Positions 40,569 to 51,630 of a stretch of DNA of 64,000 bases are shown here, piece after piece. The stretch is from Podarcis melisellensis (lineage: Eukaryota): assembly GCA_964234715.1 (NCBI GenBank), contig OZ174284.1; one strand, given 5' to 3'. The position numbers and the translations under genes are program-made. Within the stretch, counting starts at the first letter, position 1. The number at the start of each line of letters is the position of its first letter. The notes under the pieces are model-generated. The model was not told where the DNA came from and made no database searches. It saw only the letters and a program-made list of their open reading frames with translations.

Positions 40569-43500
40569 CCTTAACAGGAAGGCTACTGGGAGCAGTGGTA
40601 TACCACTGGCCATGAGCATTCCCATTTATAAAAGTTAGTGCCATAAATAGAGGCTGATCTATTTGAGGCTTAGAAACAGCCGTTTTCCTGCTTGATCACC
40701 TTCAGCAAGGTAGGAATTACCTCCAGGTGATCAAGCAGAGAAGCATTTGCAAACGTGAAAATGTGTTGGTTATTTTAACCTTGTTTGCTGAGGTCATGAA
40801 TGTTCTACAAGTGACTTATGAAGTAAGTGGGAATGAGCAGGGTAGCAGCTTTTGCAGGCTTATCTGGAAGGCAGTTCCAATTGGTTGTACATAAGGTGCT
40901 AATTCACTAAAAAGAACCACCCTCAGTTAATTAGGCAGCACTTCGTTATTTTTAAAAAAGTTATTTTAAATATACTGTATATTTACTCCTACGCAGTAAG
41001 GCATATCTCTACTTAGATAATTCCTGCTATGGCATAAATGTACATCATCAAAAAATGGAGGGTTTTTGTTTTCTTTTCAGAACTATTTTTGGTCATAAGT
41101 GGACTTGTGCAGATCTAATTCACTATTAAACCAGTGCTTCCCAACCAGGAGCCATGTGGCCCCCTGTGGGGCCCCAGGATATTCCAAGGGGGGCACAGGT
41201 GAAAATCGCATAAATGGGGGGCCACAGCACAAGGCTAGGTGGCCACAGAGGGAAGTGAGAAGTGAAGGGGGGAAACCACATTTTTAAAATAAAAAAATCC
41301 TGATTGGCTGTCTATTTGCTTGGCCAATCACAAGCGGGTAAGGGGATAGCCAACCAGGGCCTAATGCTCCTTTTTGCCATGTGCATTTCTTGGATCGGTG
41401 CCTTTAGATGTTCCCAATGGGCGCTGGGCCCGTTGGCAATGTCAGCCCAGCTCTGCAAGGCGCAGGATGAAATCCACCACAGTGCCTAGCCGAGCGGGGT
41501 CGTCTGGTGCAGCTGACTTGCATCTAGTAAATAACTAGGTGCCTACTCAGAAAAAAGCTGCACTGAGTTCAGCGGGCCTTGTTGTTGTTGTTGTTTAGTC
41601 GTTTAGTCATGTCCGACTCTTCGTGACCCCATGGACCAGAGCACGCCAGGCACTCCTGTCTTCCACTGCCTCCCGCAGTTTGGTCAGACTCATGTTTGTA
41701 TCTTCAAGAACACTGTCCAACCATCTCGTCCTCTGTCGTCCCCTTCTCCTTGTGGCCTCAATCTTTCCCAACATCAGGGTCTTTTCCAGGGAGTCTTCTC
41801 TTCTCATGAGGTGGCCAAAGTATTGGAGCCTCAGCTTCACGATCTGTCCTTCCAGTGAGCACTCAGGGCTAATTTCCTTAAGAATGGATGCGTTTGATCT
41901 TCTTGCAGTCCATGGGACTCTCAAGAGTCTCCTCCAGCACCTTAATTCAAAAGCATCAATTATTCGGCGATCAGCCTTCTTTATGGTCCAGCTCTCACTT
42001 CCACACATCACTACTGGGAAAACCATGGCTTTAACTATACGGACCTTTGTTGGCAAGGTGATGTCTCTGCTTTTTAAGATGCTGTCTAGGTTTGCCATTG
42101 CCTTTCTCCCAAGGAGCAGGCGTCTTTTAATTTCGTGACTGCTGTCACCATCTGCAGTGATCATGGAGCCCAAGAAAGTAAAATCTCTCACTGCCTCCAT
42201 TTCTTCCCCTTCTATTTGCCAGGAGGTGATGGGCCCATATCCAGTTCTAACTGTAGCTTCTTGTCCCACATAGAGATTTCTCAGGAGACAGATGAGGTGA
42301 TCAGGCACTCCCATTTCTTTAAGAACTTGCCAGCGGGCCTTACTCCCAGGTAAAGGTGTGTGGGACTATAGTGTTTTATCTAGGCAGCCAGGGCTCCTCC
42401 AGATGACAATATCTTTTTGCACCAGGTCAGTGAGAATCATCTGCTTTTCAAAATTCTCCCATATATACAGAACTCCTCATGTGCCTTTTGGACTGTATCT
42501 GTAGGTTTCACCCTCTGTGTCAAATAACTGAGGCCAAATAAGTGTTGTTTACTTTTTATAATACATGGAAGATGGATCTCCCTCGGGAGGCTGTGGACTC
42601 TCCTTCCTTGGAGGTTTCTAAGCAGAGGCTGGATGACCGTCTATCATGGATGCTTTAGCTGAGTTTCCTACCTTAGAGTCCCTGCCAGCTCTACGAGCTA
42701 TGTTTTTCTGCTTCAACAATATTTCATTATGTTCCTTTTTTATGTACTGTACCGGTAATTGTATTTTGTATAAATTATAAAAATTATAAATAAAACAAGT
42801 TCTATTTACAAATAAAACATTTAAATAGCTACCTTATTTACCTGATAGGCATAGTCAATATTTGGGGGGGGGGGGCAGAACCATTGATTTGTATTGATTT
42901 TTACTTATTGGGGGAGCAGCTGCCCCCTATATTCCCCCTGGCTACACTTGGGGGGGAGCACAGGAAGGAAACAAGGTCAGAAGGGGTACATAGTCAGGAA
43001 AAGGTTGAGAAACACTGGATTAAACTAAAAGCTATACAGTTAATTAAAGGTATCTTTCACGCCCAAATATAATCTCACCTAGCATCCAGGATGCGCAGGT
43101 GTAACAGAAGACAGGTTTCCATTCTTCTAAAAACCACTTAGGATATTGAGCCCTACTTTCTGTGGCATCTTATCACTCCAACAGTGTTAGTACCATCAGC
43201 ATGGTAATATGTCAGGGCCTGATCATTTAAAGATGCAGCCTGAAACATATTTATACTGGGAAGTTAAGTCCCATTGAATTAAATAGGAATTCCAAACACA
43301 GTTCGAATTGGACTGCTGCCACCAATGACACCTCACAGAAGAGTGGGGTTATTTTTGTATTCCTGATCATGGGCTTCTAAAAGCTGCACTGCATCTGACA
43401 GGTGTAGCATTAGGGTTGCCAAATGACCATGAAAATCAATTTGGTCTGCTCCTGTGCAGCTTGAGGTGCAGAATAAATCCCAGCATTTGCATGTTTTCAC

Positions 43501-46500
43501 ACGATGGAGAGAAAACGCTATCACTTTTTAAATATCTGCACACCAAGCTACTGCTAAAGGCACAGCTGCAGTGGCTGGTTGAGAAACTGGCAACTCTGCA
43601 GAGCAGCTGTGAAGTCACTATTAGCTCAAAATGCCTTTAATTCAGTGTGCAGTCTTTTCTTGCAGACCTTTGCTCAATTACTTAGTCCTAAGTCTCACTG
43701 AGCCCGGTGGTGCTTAATTCCAAGTAAGCATACGTAGGGCTGGTCTGTTACTGTTATTTTCTGTCCCGCAATCTTTGCCCCCCAGATTCTTGTGGAGATT
43801 TGAGCTCTACAATGGCATTCTAGAAAAGTGCCAGGAATTTCAGAAACTCTTTCCTGTCTTCTTTTAGTCACTACCGTTCCCAAGTGGAGATTTCTTAACT
43901 GTGGATAGAATGGGCCTACAAATCTCCCAACTTCTGCATCCATATGAGTTTCCGTATAAACAAACAAGGTTTGAAACATCAGAAATCTGCAAATCGGATG
44001 CGCCTGCACATCCAACCATTGAGGTATCTCATTATTTTCCTTGAGGACTAGGGTTAGGGCCACACTGGGAATCTGTATGGGTTGGCTTGTGTTGTTTGTC
44101 ATGAAGCTCATCTCGAAGGTGGAATGCTGCAGGTACAACCACAACTGATCAATATATTGTACCTACACGGCAATGTACTGTTCCAGAAGCCCCAATAGTG
44201 AACACTCCCATGCAGTTCATGAAGTACATCTGGAGGTTCTGGGACTTGGAAAAACTGAACTTAGTTCTTACCTTCCTATTTCTGAGCCATTAACACAGCC
44301 CTCCAGAAGTTTTGGACTACAACTCCCATCAGCCCTAGCCAGCAAGACGGTGTTTACCTGACAGGCACCAAGTTGGAGACGGCTCCATTGGCAGGCATTG
44401 CCACTGCATTTTCAGCCTTGCCATTAATGCCATGAGGATTAGAATATGGCTTTTAAAAAACAAGCACCTTAAAGTTCTAAAATGTTGCCGCAGTAATTCG
44501 GGGGGGAGGGGGGCAAAAATAATTAAGTTAAGAGTCTGAAAGTTTTGGAGACAGCATGGAGGGTACCAATTCTATTCTGGCCACCACTGCAATATACTTG
44601 AGACAAAAAAGGGAAAAATAGGTTAATTCTGTGCCTCATCTGTTAAACACTTCAGATTTGATGGAGAAAAGGGGGGATTTTTTTACCATGCAAAGTTAAT
44701 GTACCAAGAACATCTCTAATGATATGACGGGGTTCAAACATGTACAGCTATACATTGCCTAGAAGCAAGTCCCACTGAACTTGGTGGAACTTACTCCCAA
44801 GTAAGTGTGCTTAAGCTTGCATTGCAAGTGAATTTGTAACCTACAGTACATGAGTGAAAAACAAGTGAGAGGCACAAAGACTGAACTTTTACCATATGGG
44901 AGAGAAGAACATTCAAATGCGGAAGGAATGAGGCTCTAAGTTTCTCCATCTCTTGACTTGCTCAGCTAAGCCAGTACTCCAATTCCTGAGATTTTAAGTC
45001 CTATGCACATTGAAGTAAGCCCCTTTAATTCAATGGGACCTACTCCTAGGCAAACATGCACAGGAATGGTCTTTAAGAGTTTCCACTATTCTGCAACTCA
45101 CGTGTTTTTACAAAGCAAAGTAACACATTATCACAAGAAATAGAAGGGGATCAAAGTCACTTCCAAGGTCAAGGTGCAGTAGGCAGTTGGCGGCTTTGGG
45201 GAAACAGGAGAACATCCAAGAAAAATTTGGATGCTGGGTTTCTTTCTGCAGCTGGGAAGTCATCTGATTTCGTGAAGAGAGCCAAAGAGGTGATATTCTG
45301 AAGCAGAAAGAAGCAGACTGCAGAAACCCTCTCTCTTCTCCTGTACTTGGAAAGCCCTGCAGTAACAGAATGAAGTCACAGCTTTAAAGGGGAGAACATT
45401 CTGTCCCAGATTATCAAGGACAGAAGTGTCCCATCTAACGTCATGTCAATCATAATTGGGCCAGCGCTGTCACCTGTGCTCTTTGCTGCTTTGCCTCATT
45501 CAAGTGTTTGCGCAACAGCAAAAAAGGTTCTTCCACCACATCATGTTGAATTTCACCAGCAGATGTGAAAGCCAGGAGATTATTGCTAGAATGTCTTCCG
45601 CCCTCTGGTTCGAACACTAGCATACAGCACTGCAAAATGAGCCCAGGCAGACACACCAGCCAACCATATTAATCCCTTCTTCAGGGCACTGCTAGCAATT
45701 CTGCAGAGCTCCTTCCTCCTCCTCTCATCTCCAAACATTTTCCCCAAGTCACATGCAGTCAGGCAGCACAGGAAGGGAAGGGGCACCAGCAGTCGACAGA
45801 AAAACAGGTGGCAAGCACACTGGTTGTGCTTGGGGAGGCTGCTAACTCTCTTTTTGCCCAAAAGCAACAACTATTTGGAATATGGGGAGGGGGAGAACCT
45901 TGAGAAAAGTGGGATATAAATGTCAAAGATAAATGCTGTGCTTGCAAAAGGTAGACAAATAGTGGGTGAGATGAACAAAACACTTCAAGGCAACTTCCTG
46001 GGCTAACTTTATTGCAGGGGTCAGCAACCTAAGGCCCATGGGCCGGAAGTGGCCTGCGGAGGTTGTTTAACTGGCCCATGAACTGCCCCCAAACTGAGTA
46101 GCCCACTCGCACGCTGCACTAAACCGGCACAGTGCAGTGTGGGGATCCACTTCCACGGCGCCTAAAATCACGTCTGTGCAAGCGCAAATGCTGAAAATCA
46201 CAGGTGCAGAATCCAGCCCACAGAGGGGTCTCCGCGGGACCAATCCGGCCCAGGCAAGATAAACCTTGCTGACCCCTCTCTTAATGGCTGCAATAGGAGA
46301 GGCTAAACTCTTCCTAGAAGACTCTTGAGAGTCCCATGGACTGCAAGAAGATCAAACGCATCCATTCTTAAGGAAATTAGCCCTGGGTGCTCACTGGAAG
46401 GACAGATCCTGAAGCTGAGGCTCCAATACTTTGGCCACCTCATGAGAAGAGAAGACTCCCTGGAAAAGACTCTGATGTTGGGAAAGATGGAGGGCACAAG

Positions 46501-48276
46501 GAGAAGGGGACGACAGAGGACGAGATGGTTGGATAGTGTTCTTGAAGCGACAAACATGAGTCTGACCAAGCTGCAGGAGGCAGTGGAAGATAGGAGTGCC
46601 TGGCGTGCTCTGGTCCATGGGGTCACGAAGAGTAGGACACGACTAAACGACTGAACAACAACAAACTCTTCCTACACCATCATCCCTCACAACAAGAGAT
46701 GCCCTGTCCCTATCCAACATTTACTCTCCCCCTCTCTCTTTTTCTTGGCCTACTGGGGGAGGGTGAGAAGAAGGCATCTCACCTCCAAGATCTGCTTTAC
46801 CTGGCTGTGTCCTCCTTCCCTCTCTCCCTACAGACTCCCACAAGAGACAAATCTCTCTCCCTCCAGCTTATTGTTTGCAGCCTGCTCCCTTAATCCCAGT
46901 GACCTTCTTGCAAATGCTCCAGGCACACACGGGCGGCCATGGCGAAAGTGTCACAAGATAAGTGACCTCCCCCCACCCCGAGGGAGCCGCGCAGTCGAGA
47001 GAGCAGCTTTCCTTCCCTCCTCTTGCTGACGGATCCCATCAACTCGCTTCCTCCATCACACATGAACGGCGTTACATAAAATTTGCTACACGGTAAAATT
47101 GAAAGTGAAGGAGGATTTGCAAGAGGACACCACGCATTTGCCCCCTTCTCTCCTTCCGCGGCCCCCATCCTCTGTAAATGAAATAAGCAGGAACCAACTG
47201 AAATAAATTAAGGGAAGGGTTAGGAAAAGGGCAGCTGAAATTCAGAATCACTTTTGCAGTTCTCTCGTCCAACTGCCTCACCATTAACAGCTCATCGCGC
47301 AGGTTATGGGAAACTCTCCCATTTTCTGCATGTTTTCATGAACATTTAATAATAGCAGCGTCAGGCTTACGAGGCTGGAGGACCGGCTTAACCATTTCCA
47401 TCTTTCAAAGGAAGCCGGCAGTAGTTTTGGAAAGGGGAAGAAACAAGAGAGAGAGGGAGTCTCCAATACAGAAGGCGGCTGGGAGGGCATGTTTCCGAGT
47501 TTTCCAAACGCTTTACCCGGAGAGATCTGGGCAATGAAGAGAGGCGGGGGAAGGGCGCTCACAATGCCATTTTGCACCTTGCTTGCCGGGCTAGCTGTGT
47601 GCTCCACAGTCTGCACAACACAAACACACACAGAGCACCAGTTTGCAAACACTGCCGCTCCGCCGCCGCACAAGAGACGGAAAACGGAGATGGAAGAAGC
47701 AAGCCGAGCTGGGGGCTCCATGACAGCCAAGACACGGCCTCGCTCCCATCTTAGAGGTCACTTTGGGCAGGCGGCGTTGCAGGATCCCCCCCCCAGTTGC
47801 CCGCTTGGCCGGCACCCCCACCCCGCGATCTCCTTCGCCCCACGGGGGCAGGGGAAGCCGAGAAGTGGGTCCCCCAAATCCAACCACCCGGCGCTGGGCT
47901 TTCCTAATCTTCCTTTCCACGATCTCGCGTGCGCGCGCGCGCTGGGAAGGACATTCCTCCTCCTCCTTAAAGCCCCGCTGAGTGTCATCTAAAGCTTGCC
48001 CTGGGTGCTCAGTCAGCAGGATAGGGATCAACCCCACAGCCAAGCCAAGCGCGCCCAGGGCTCTCTGCAGATCTCTCTTTCAGACGTGCCGATTGCTTTG
48101 CACGTGTTTTTGTTATTTCCCACGCCAGTGGCCTTCCCTCCCCCGCGCGGCCAGGGAGGCGTCCTCCGAGTCCTTACCCAAGAAACCATCCGGAGGATCG
48201 TGTGAGGTTGCCGGATGAAGGTCTGAGGGTCAAAGGCGCCCCCGGCTTTGCCAGCTCCGTACGCGCCCTGTTCCAT
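22487..48276 (-). CDS. SYNGR1: Synaptogyrin-1 (MARVEL-domain synaptic vesicle protein), isoform 1a-like; exons 48178-48276, 30503-30740, 24911-25056, 22487-22705 (702 nt, 233 aa)
   Basis: MEQGAYGAGKAGGAFDPQTFIRQPHTILRMVSW / LFSIVVFGGIVNEGY...YFPQISSVKDRKKAVLSDIGVS / LWAFLWFVSFCFLADQW...AARAAITFSLFSFFTW / ...AFQRYQLGADSALFSQDY...GYQAQDY. GT-AG introns, consistent phases, position between TAB1 and RPL3 as in mammals. Confidence 0.97.
23505..23713. mobile_element. Palindromic MITE (same group as 14605-14804)
   Basis: gtcacatctgcaccacaggtttaaagcac / gtgctttacatgcctggtgtggatgtgac inverted ends; internal gggaactgtagt / actacaactccc. Confidence 0.65.
24168..24266 (-). CDS. SYNGR1: SYNGR1 alternative terminal exon (isoform 1b-like), GILTFLAFRRLGEITFQEEYNTLFPSSPPVLP*; gives a 193-aa isoform
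   Basis: Polypyrimidine tract plus CAG acceptor (ctctccctacag|GGC), phase 0 matching exon 3. FQEEYNTLFP resembles the mammalian synaptogyrin-1b C-terminus as I recall it (FQEEYSTLFP). AATAAA at 24057-24062 on the minus strand. Confidence 0.88.
   Translation of the reverse strand, partial: GILTFLAFRRLGEITFQEEYNTLFPSSPPVLP
25675..26001. mobile_element. Non-autonomous hAT element with internal tandem duplication
   Basis: Termini cagaggtcagcaa / ttgcctacccatg, TSD ctttggag/ctctggag, duplicated ccccacaaataacc..agag..ttttaaata..cacattctactcatg unit. Confidence 0.75.
30877..31012. mobile_element. Palindromic hAT (Charlie-like) MITE, 136 bp
   Basis: TIR caggcataggcaaact / agtttccctgtgcctg, near-perfect internal palindrome, perfect 8-bp TSD ctctacac. 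Confidence 0.92.
32411..32630. mobile_element. Truncated Tigger-like MITE (one TIR)
   Basis: Ends cgaggtaccactg|ta with repeated tttgtaacctga subterminal units; the other TIR is not found. Confidence 0.7.
33896..34136. mobile_element. Tc1/mariner (Tigger-like) MITE
   Basis: TIR cagtcgtaccttgg / ccaaggtacgactg flanked by TA on both sides. Confidence 0.9.
35925..36065 (+). mobile_element. tRNA-derived squamate SINE (degraded)
   Basis: A-box-like agctcagtggcagaaca and B-box-like gtcccaggatcacctcc, followed by aagacccctgcctgagcctccggagagctactgcc. Confidence 0.6.
36944..37090. mobile_element. Small hAT-type MITE containing TTAGGG repeats
   Basis: TIR cggtggcgtag / ctacaccactg; 8-bp TSD tttggggt/tttggcgt. 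Confidence 0.75.
37590..37730 (-). mobile_element. tRNA-derived SINE (Squam3/MIR-like, degraded)
   Basis: Reverse complement begins gagccactgtggtgcaatggttagagt with a B-box-like segment; related fragments near 49040-49160 and 52440-52600. Confidence 0.5.
38366..38455 (+). mobile_element. LINE (L2-like) 3' end with (TAT)n tail
   Basis: aagctgcccagagtggctgg..cccagccagatgggcggagtataaataataaa(tta)n resembles a common lizard LINE terminus. Confidence 0.5.
40520..40566. repeat. (GT)n microsatellite
   Basis: Perfect dinucleotide run; others at about 3525-3556, 13174-13196, 13558-13610 and 16590-16627. Confidence 0.95.
41581..42330 (-). mobile_element. BovB (RTE clade) LINE, 5'-truncated and internally deleted
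   Basis: ORF 41607..42314 is BovB-like (GVPDHLICLLRNLY, DAFELRCWRRLLRVPWTARRSN, WRALVHGVTKSRT). (CAA)n tail; 11-bp TSD cagcgggcctt at 41570-41580 and 42331-42341. Confidence 0.95.
42575..42700 (+). mobile_element. Degraded CR1 3' fragment
   Basis: gtggactctccttccttggaggtttctaagcagaggctggat parallels the CR1 copy at about 20910-20950. Confidence 0.65.
46015..46278. mobile_element. Non-autonomous hAT element
   Basis: TIR caggggtcagcaa / ttgctgacccct, with ggcccatgggccgg and ccggccc subterminal motifs. Confidence 0.75.
46317..46662 (+). mobile_element. BovB LINE 3' fragment
   Basis: RVPWTARRSNASILKEISPGCSLEGQILKLRLQYFGHLMRR...VTKSRTRLND; (CAA)n tail; 12-bp TSD aaactcttccta at 46305-46316 and 46663-46674. 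Confidence 0.95.
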
Positions 48277-48800
48277 CCTGGGAGCGACCCCGGGGCAAGA
48301 CCCGCCGCTCTGCTGGTCGCTCTGTCGGCAGCGAAAAGTTTATTGCACTGGCGGGCCGGGGGTGCTTCGGAGAAGGGGAAGCCAGCCAGCCCGCGCTGCC
48401 CGGCAAGGAGGGCGCGCCGTGCAGGGGCAGCCTTAGCGGAGGCAGTGCCGCAAGGGTGGTGTGCGAGGCAAGGGAAAGGCTAGCTGGGCATGGCAGCCCG
48501 CGCTCCGGCTCGCCTCTCGCTCACCGCCCCGCCTGCTTGCCTGCCTGGCTGGCTGGCGATGGAGGAGAGAGCAACACGCTCGAAGCCAGGGCACCAGTGG
48601 CAGGCTTGGGCTCAGCGGCAAGCCAGGCGCGCTCCCGTTTTCGCGGCAGTCATGGGGCTGGCGCGAGCTTCGGAGGAAGAGAGCGCGCGCGCGCGCGCCT
48701 CCCTGCCCGCGCAGCCCCGGCAACATGGGGGGCGGGGCGAAGGGAGTGGGGAGGGGGTGGGCCTCTGCAGGCCTCTGGGGGCTTCTGCACCTCAGAGACT
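47600..48800 (-). promoter_or_regulatory. SYNGR1 CpG island / promoter
   Basis: Very high GC and CpG density spanning exon 1, GC boxes (ggggcgggg) and a (GC)8 run at 48683-48698. Confidence 0.8.
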
Positions 48801-51279
48801 CCGTGGAGGGGGGTATATATGCTTATACAGTACATGCTTCGCCAGAGTCGTGCCAAAAGGTGCATTGATTGAGCTTTAAAGCTTTTGCAGACTTACATAG
48901 ACGTAAATCCCCCTGAACCCAGTGGGAGACACCATTTGATTTTCTTTCATGCAGCTGCTTTTTGTAGTGCAGTGTGTGCTGATAATATTTATTAATACGT
49001 TTTTAACCCAGTGTTAAAAGATGGTATATTACTTCCTCTTCTCCATTTTATACTCACAACAACCCTGTGAGGTAGTTTAGGCTGAGAGATACTGACAGGC
49101 CCAAGGTCACCCAAAGGGCTTCATGACTAAATACTTTGGCATTCTGAACACTACCCCACACTAGCTAAATTCATAAACTAACCCCATATTGAAGAAAAAC
49201 ACCAGTTCATATGTTGAAATTGTGTGAATAATATTCCTAATGGCTTGAAAGCTAAACAAGGAACAGCTATCTAGGGTTACTTCATTTGGGACAGGAAGAA
49301 ATTCCCTTATCTGCCTGGGGTCTCTCCACCTAACAACCTGATCCCTTCCATTTTTACTCCAAAAGTAAGTTCACCATAATTCAGTGAGACTTGCTCTCAA
49401 GTAAATGAACAGGATATTATTAGTGCTATTATAGTGCTGTCTGTAAACTAGAGCTTCTTTGGAAAAAGAGGGTTACAGAACAATCCTGTTTAGTAAGTTA
49501 AATATTCACTTTTCATCAAAGATAAAAAACCCACTTGTTAAAAGCTATTCTAAAAAAAAAGGTACAGTGCTTGACATTGCATGCTTGTGTGTTGCTTTTT
49601 TCCTGTGTTGATGTCACAAACTCTGTCCTGTACATCTTTGCCTATGACAGCAGCATGATGTCTGTATTTAGTAGGGCAGATTAGCTTTGGCTCAGCAATG
49701 ATGCTTAAACTTTTGATGACTTTGTTTCATGTTTCAGCAGGTACTTGCTGAGACACTCAGAAAAAAAAAACAGTTTGCCAATTCTGGTCATGCAGCATTA
49801 AAAATAAATACATCTGTCTTTTACATCTAAAGGACAAGAGCACTTTTACATCCTCCAGCTTAGCACTGGCTCTTTGAAAGGCCGCTGAAATAAAAGACCC
49901 AACAAGTGCTGCAAGTCTTCAGTACATGAAAATTCAGTGGCTCTGGAGCTGCCAATAAAAATACTTTTCTGAATGCCTTCACGTTATGAAATGGGTCACC
50001 CACTGGTACACTCAGGAGACAATTGCTAGCTGATGTTAGAGACAGTATTAATAGGAAAGAAAGTGATATTTTGCTTGACTTGTAAGTCACACACGTAATG
50101 GAAACTCTGTAAAGCGAAAAGGATATTGCAGGAAAGATTCAGTCTTTCAATCCTATTACATTCAGAAAAGAATAATGAATTTCAGAAAGGCAGCTTTAGC
50201 AAGTTATACAGTACATACAATGTGCAACATGATTGGGGTTACATGGGCACAGCTGTGGGGGGGAGCTGCCCCTACTAAACAATACAAAACAATACAAATC
50301 TGAGGTTTTGCCCCCCCCCAAAGCCTTCCTCCCAACAAAAATCATGGCTACACCCATGTGTGGTTAAAAATTGTATTAAGTAAAGACCTTAATTTGTTGT
50401 CTTGCAAACTGATGTGGCCCCTGTAGAGATTTGCCAGTTTTTACTGGCTCAGATCCTCTGCTTTTAATAGCATAATGACACACATAAATCCACCCCCACC
50501 CACCCCATTTATCACTAACGGGGGAAACTTTGCCTGTTAAATGTCTGCATGTCAGGCTGCTGTTGATACACAGCAGCAGGGCCTATACTAGAAGCCGGCA
50601 GTCCTATCCTTGCCATGTGATACGATTTAAGGTTGATCAGTAGTTTGAAAAATTCTTCTGCTCAGCTACTTGAGGCTCTGACTAAAGTCCAGCTAATGAT
50701 AACTTAATTCAGATATTTTTCAGAGCCAACCAATTTGCACAGTCTTTGAATTTAGTTAGCGACTATGATTCATATTGTGCAAGCATGCTGAAGTGCGTGC
50801 TTATTTGCTCAGCTCTTGGGCAATTTGCTTTAGACTTAGAGGACAACAGCATTCTTTTAGGGAGCAGTCTCACAGCAGAAACCGAACAGAAGACAGGAAA
50901 AGACTGAAGATCACTTTTTAAAATTAATTAGAAGTTAGCTTCCCAAAAAAGATGAAAAATAATCTCCTTTTCTGAAATGGGATAAATTAGTTTTAAAACC
51001 AGGTGTTTACCAGCCAAAGCAAAAGAGTTGGCAGGTCTGGTTTTGTGGTTAGTAAAATATATGCTTTATTGTTCTGGTTAAAGGCTGAGCTATGCTACTT
51101 AGAATACTCCCTTTCTAGGACCAACAGTCAGGGATGATGGGAATCGTAGTCCCAAAACATCTGGCGGGCCAAGTTTGGGGATGCCTGGTTTAAAGAAAAA
51201 CCTTAATCTTTGCCATCCATGACAACTGATAACAAAATGGTTCAAAATATAAGATATAAATCTGTATGTGCTAAGAGTA

Positions 51280-51630
51280 AAGGTAAAGGAACCCTGGACC
51301 ATTAGGTCCAGTCGTGACCAACTCTGTGGTTGCAGCGCTTATCTCGCTTTATTGGTCGAGGGAGCCGGCATACGGCTTCCGGGTCATGTGGCCAGCATGA
51401 CTAAGCCGCTTCTGGCGAACCAGAGCAGTGCACAGAAACGCCATTTACCTTCTCGCCGGAACGGTACCTATTTATCTACTTGCACTTTGACGTGCTTTCG
51501 AACTGCTAGGTTGGCAGGAGCAGGGACCGAGCAACGGGAGCTCACCCCATCGCTGAGATTCAAACCGCCAACCTTCTGATCAGCAAATCCTAGGTTCTGT
51601 GGTCTAACCCACAGTGCCACCCGAATACCA
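51280..51630 (-). mobile_element. Sauria SINE (Squam1), full length
   Basis: tRNA-like 5' end (gggtggcactgtgggttagacc), typical body (ggtcatgtggccagcatgactaagccgc, ggtacctatttatctacttgca), (ACCTTT)n tail, 11-bp TSD tgctaagagta at 51269-51279 and 51631-51641. Confidence 0.93.

Larger units (their letters stand above)
41132..43017. mobile_element. hAT (Charlie-like) non-autonomous element containing nested insertions
   Basis: TIR cagtgcttcccaacc / ggttgagaaacactg (13/15 match) with 8-bp TSD tattaaac/gattaaac (7/8). Confidence 0.65.

Noticed and set aside
41623-42138. 171-aa plus-strand ORF (and the similar 46303..46626 minus ORF)
   Set aside because: Antisense shadows of the BovB ORF, not independent genes.
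47284-48879. Cluster of 100-167-aa overlapping ORFs around SYNGR1 exon 1, and similarly 11943-12896 around TAB1 exon 1
   Set aside because: Expected from stop-codon depletion in GC-rich CpG islands; low-complexity Arg/Ala/Pro/Gly translations.
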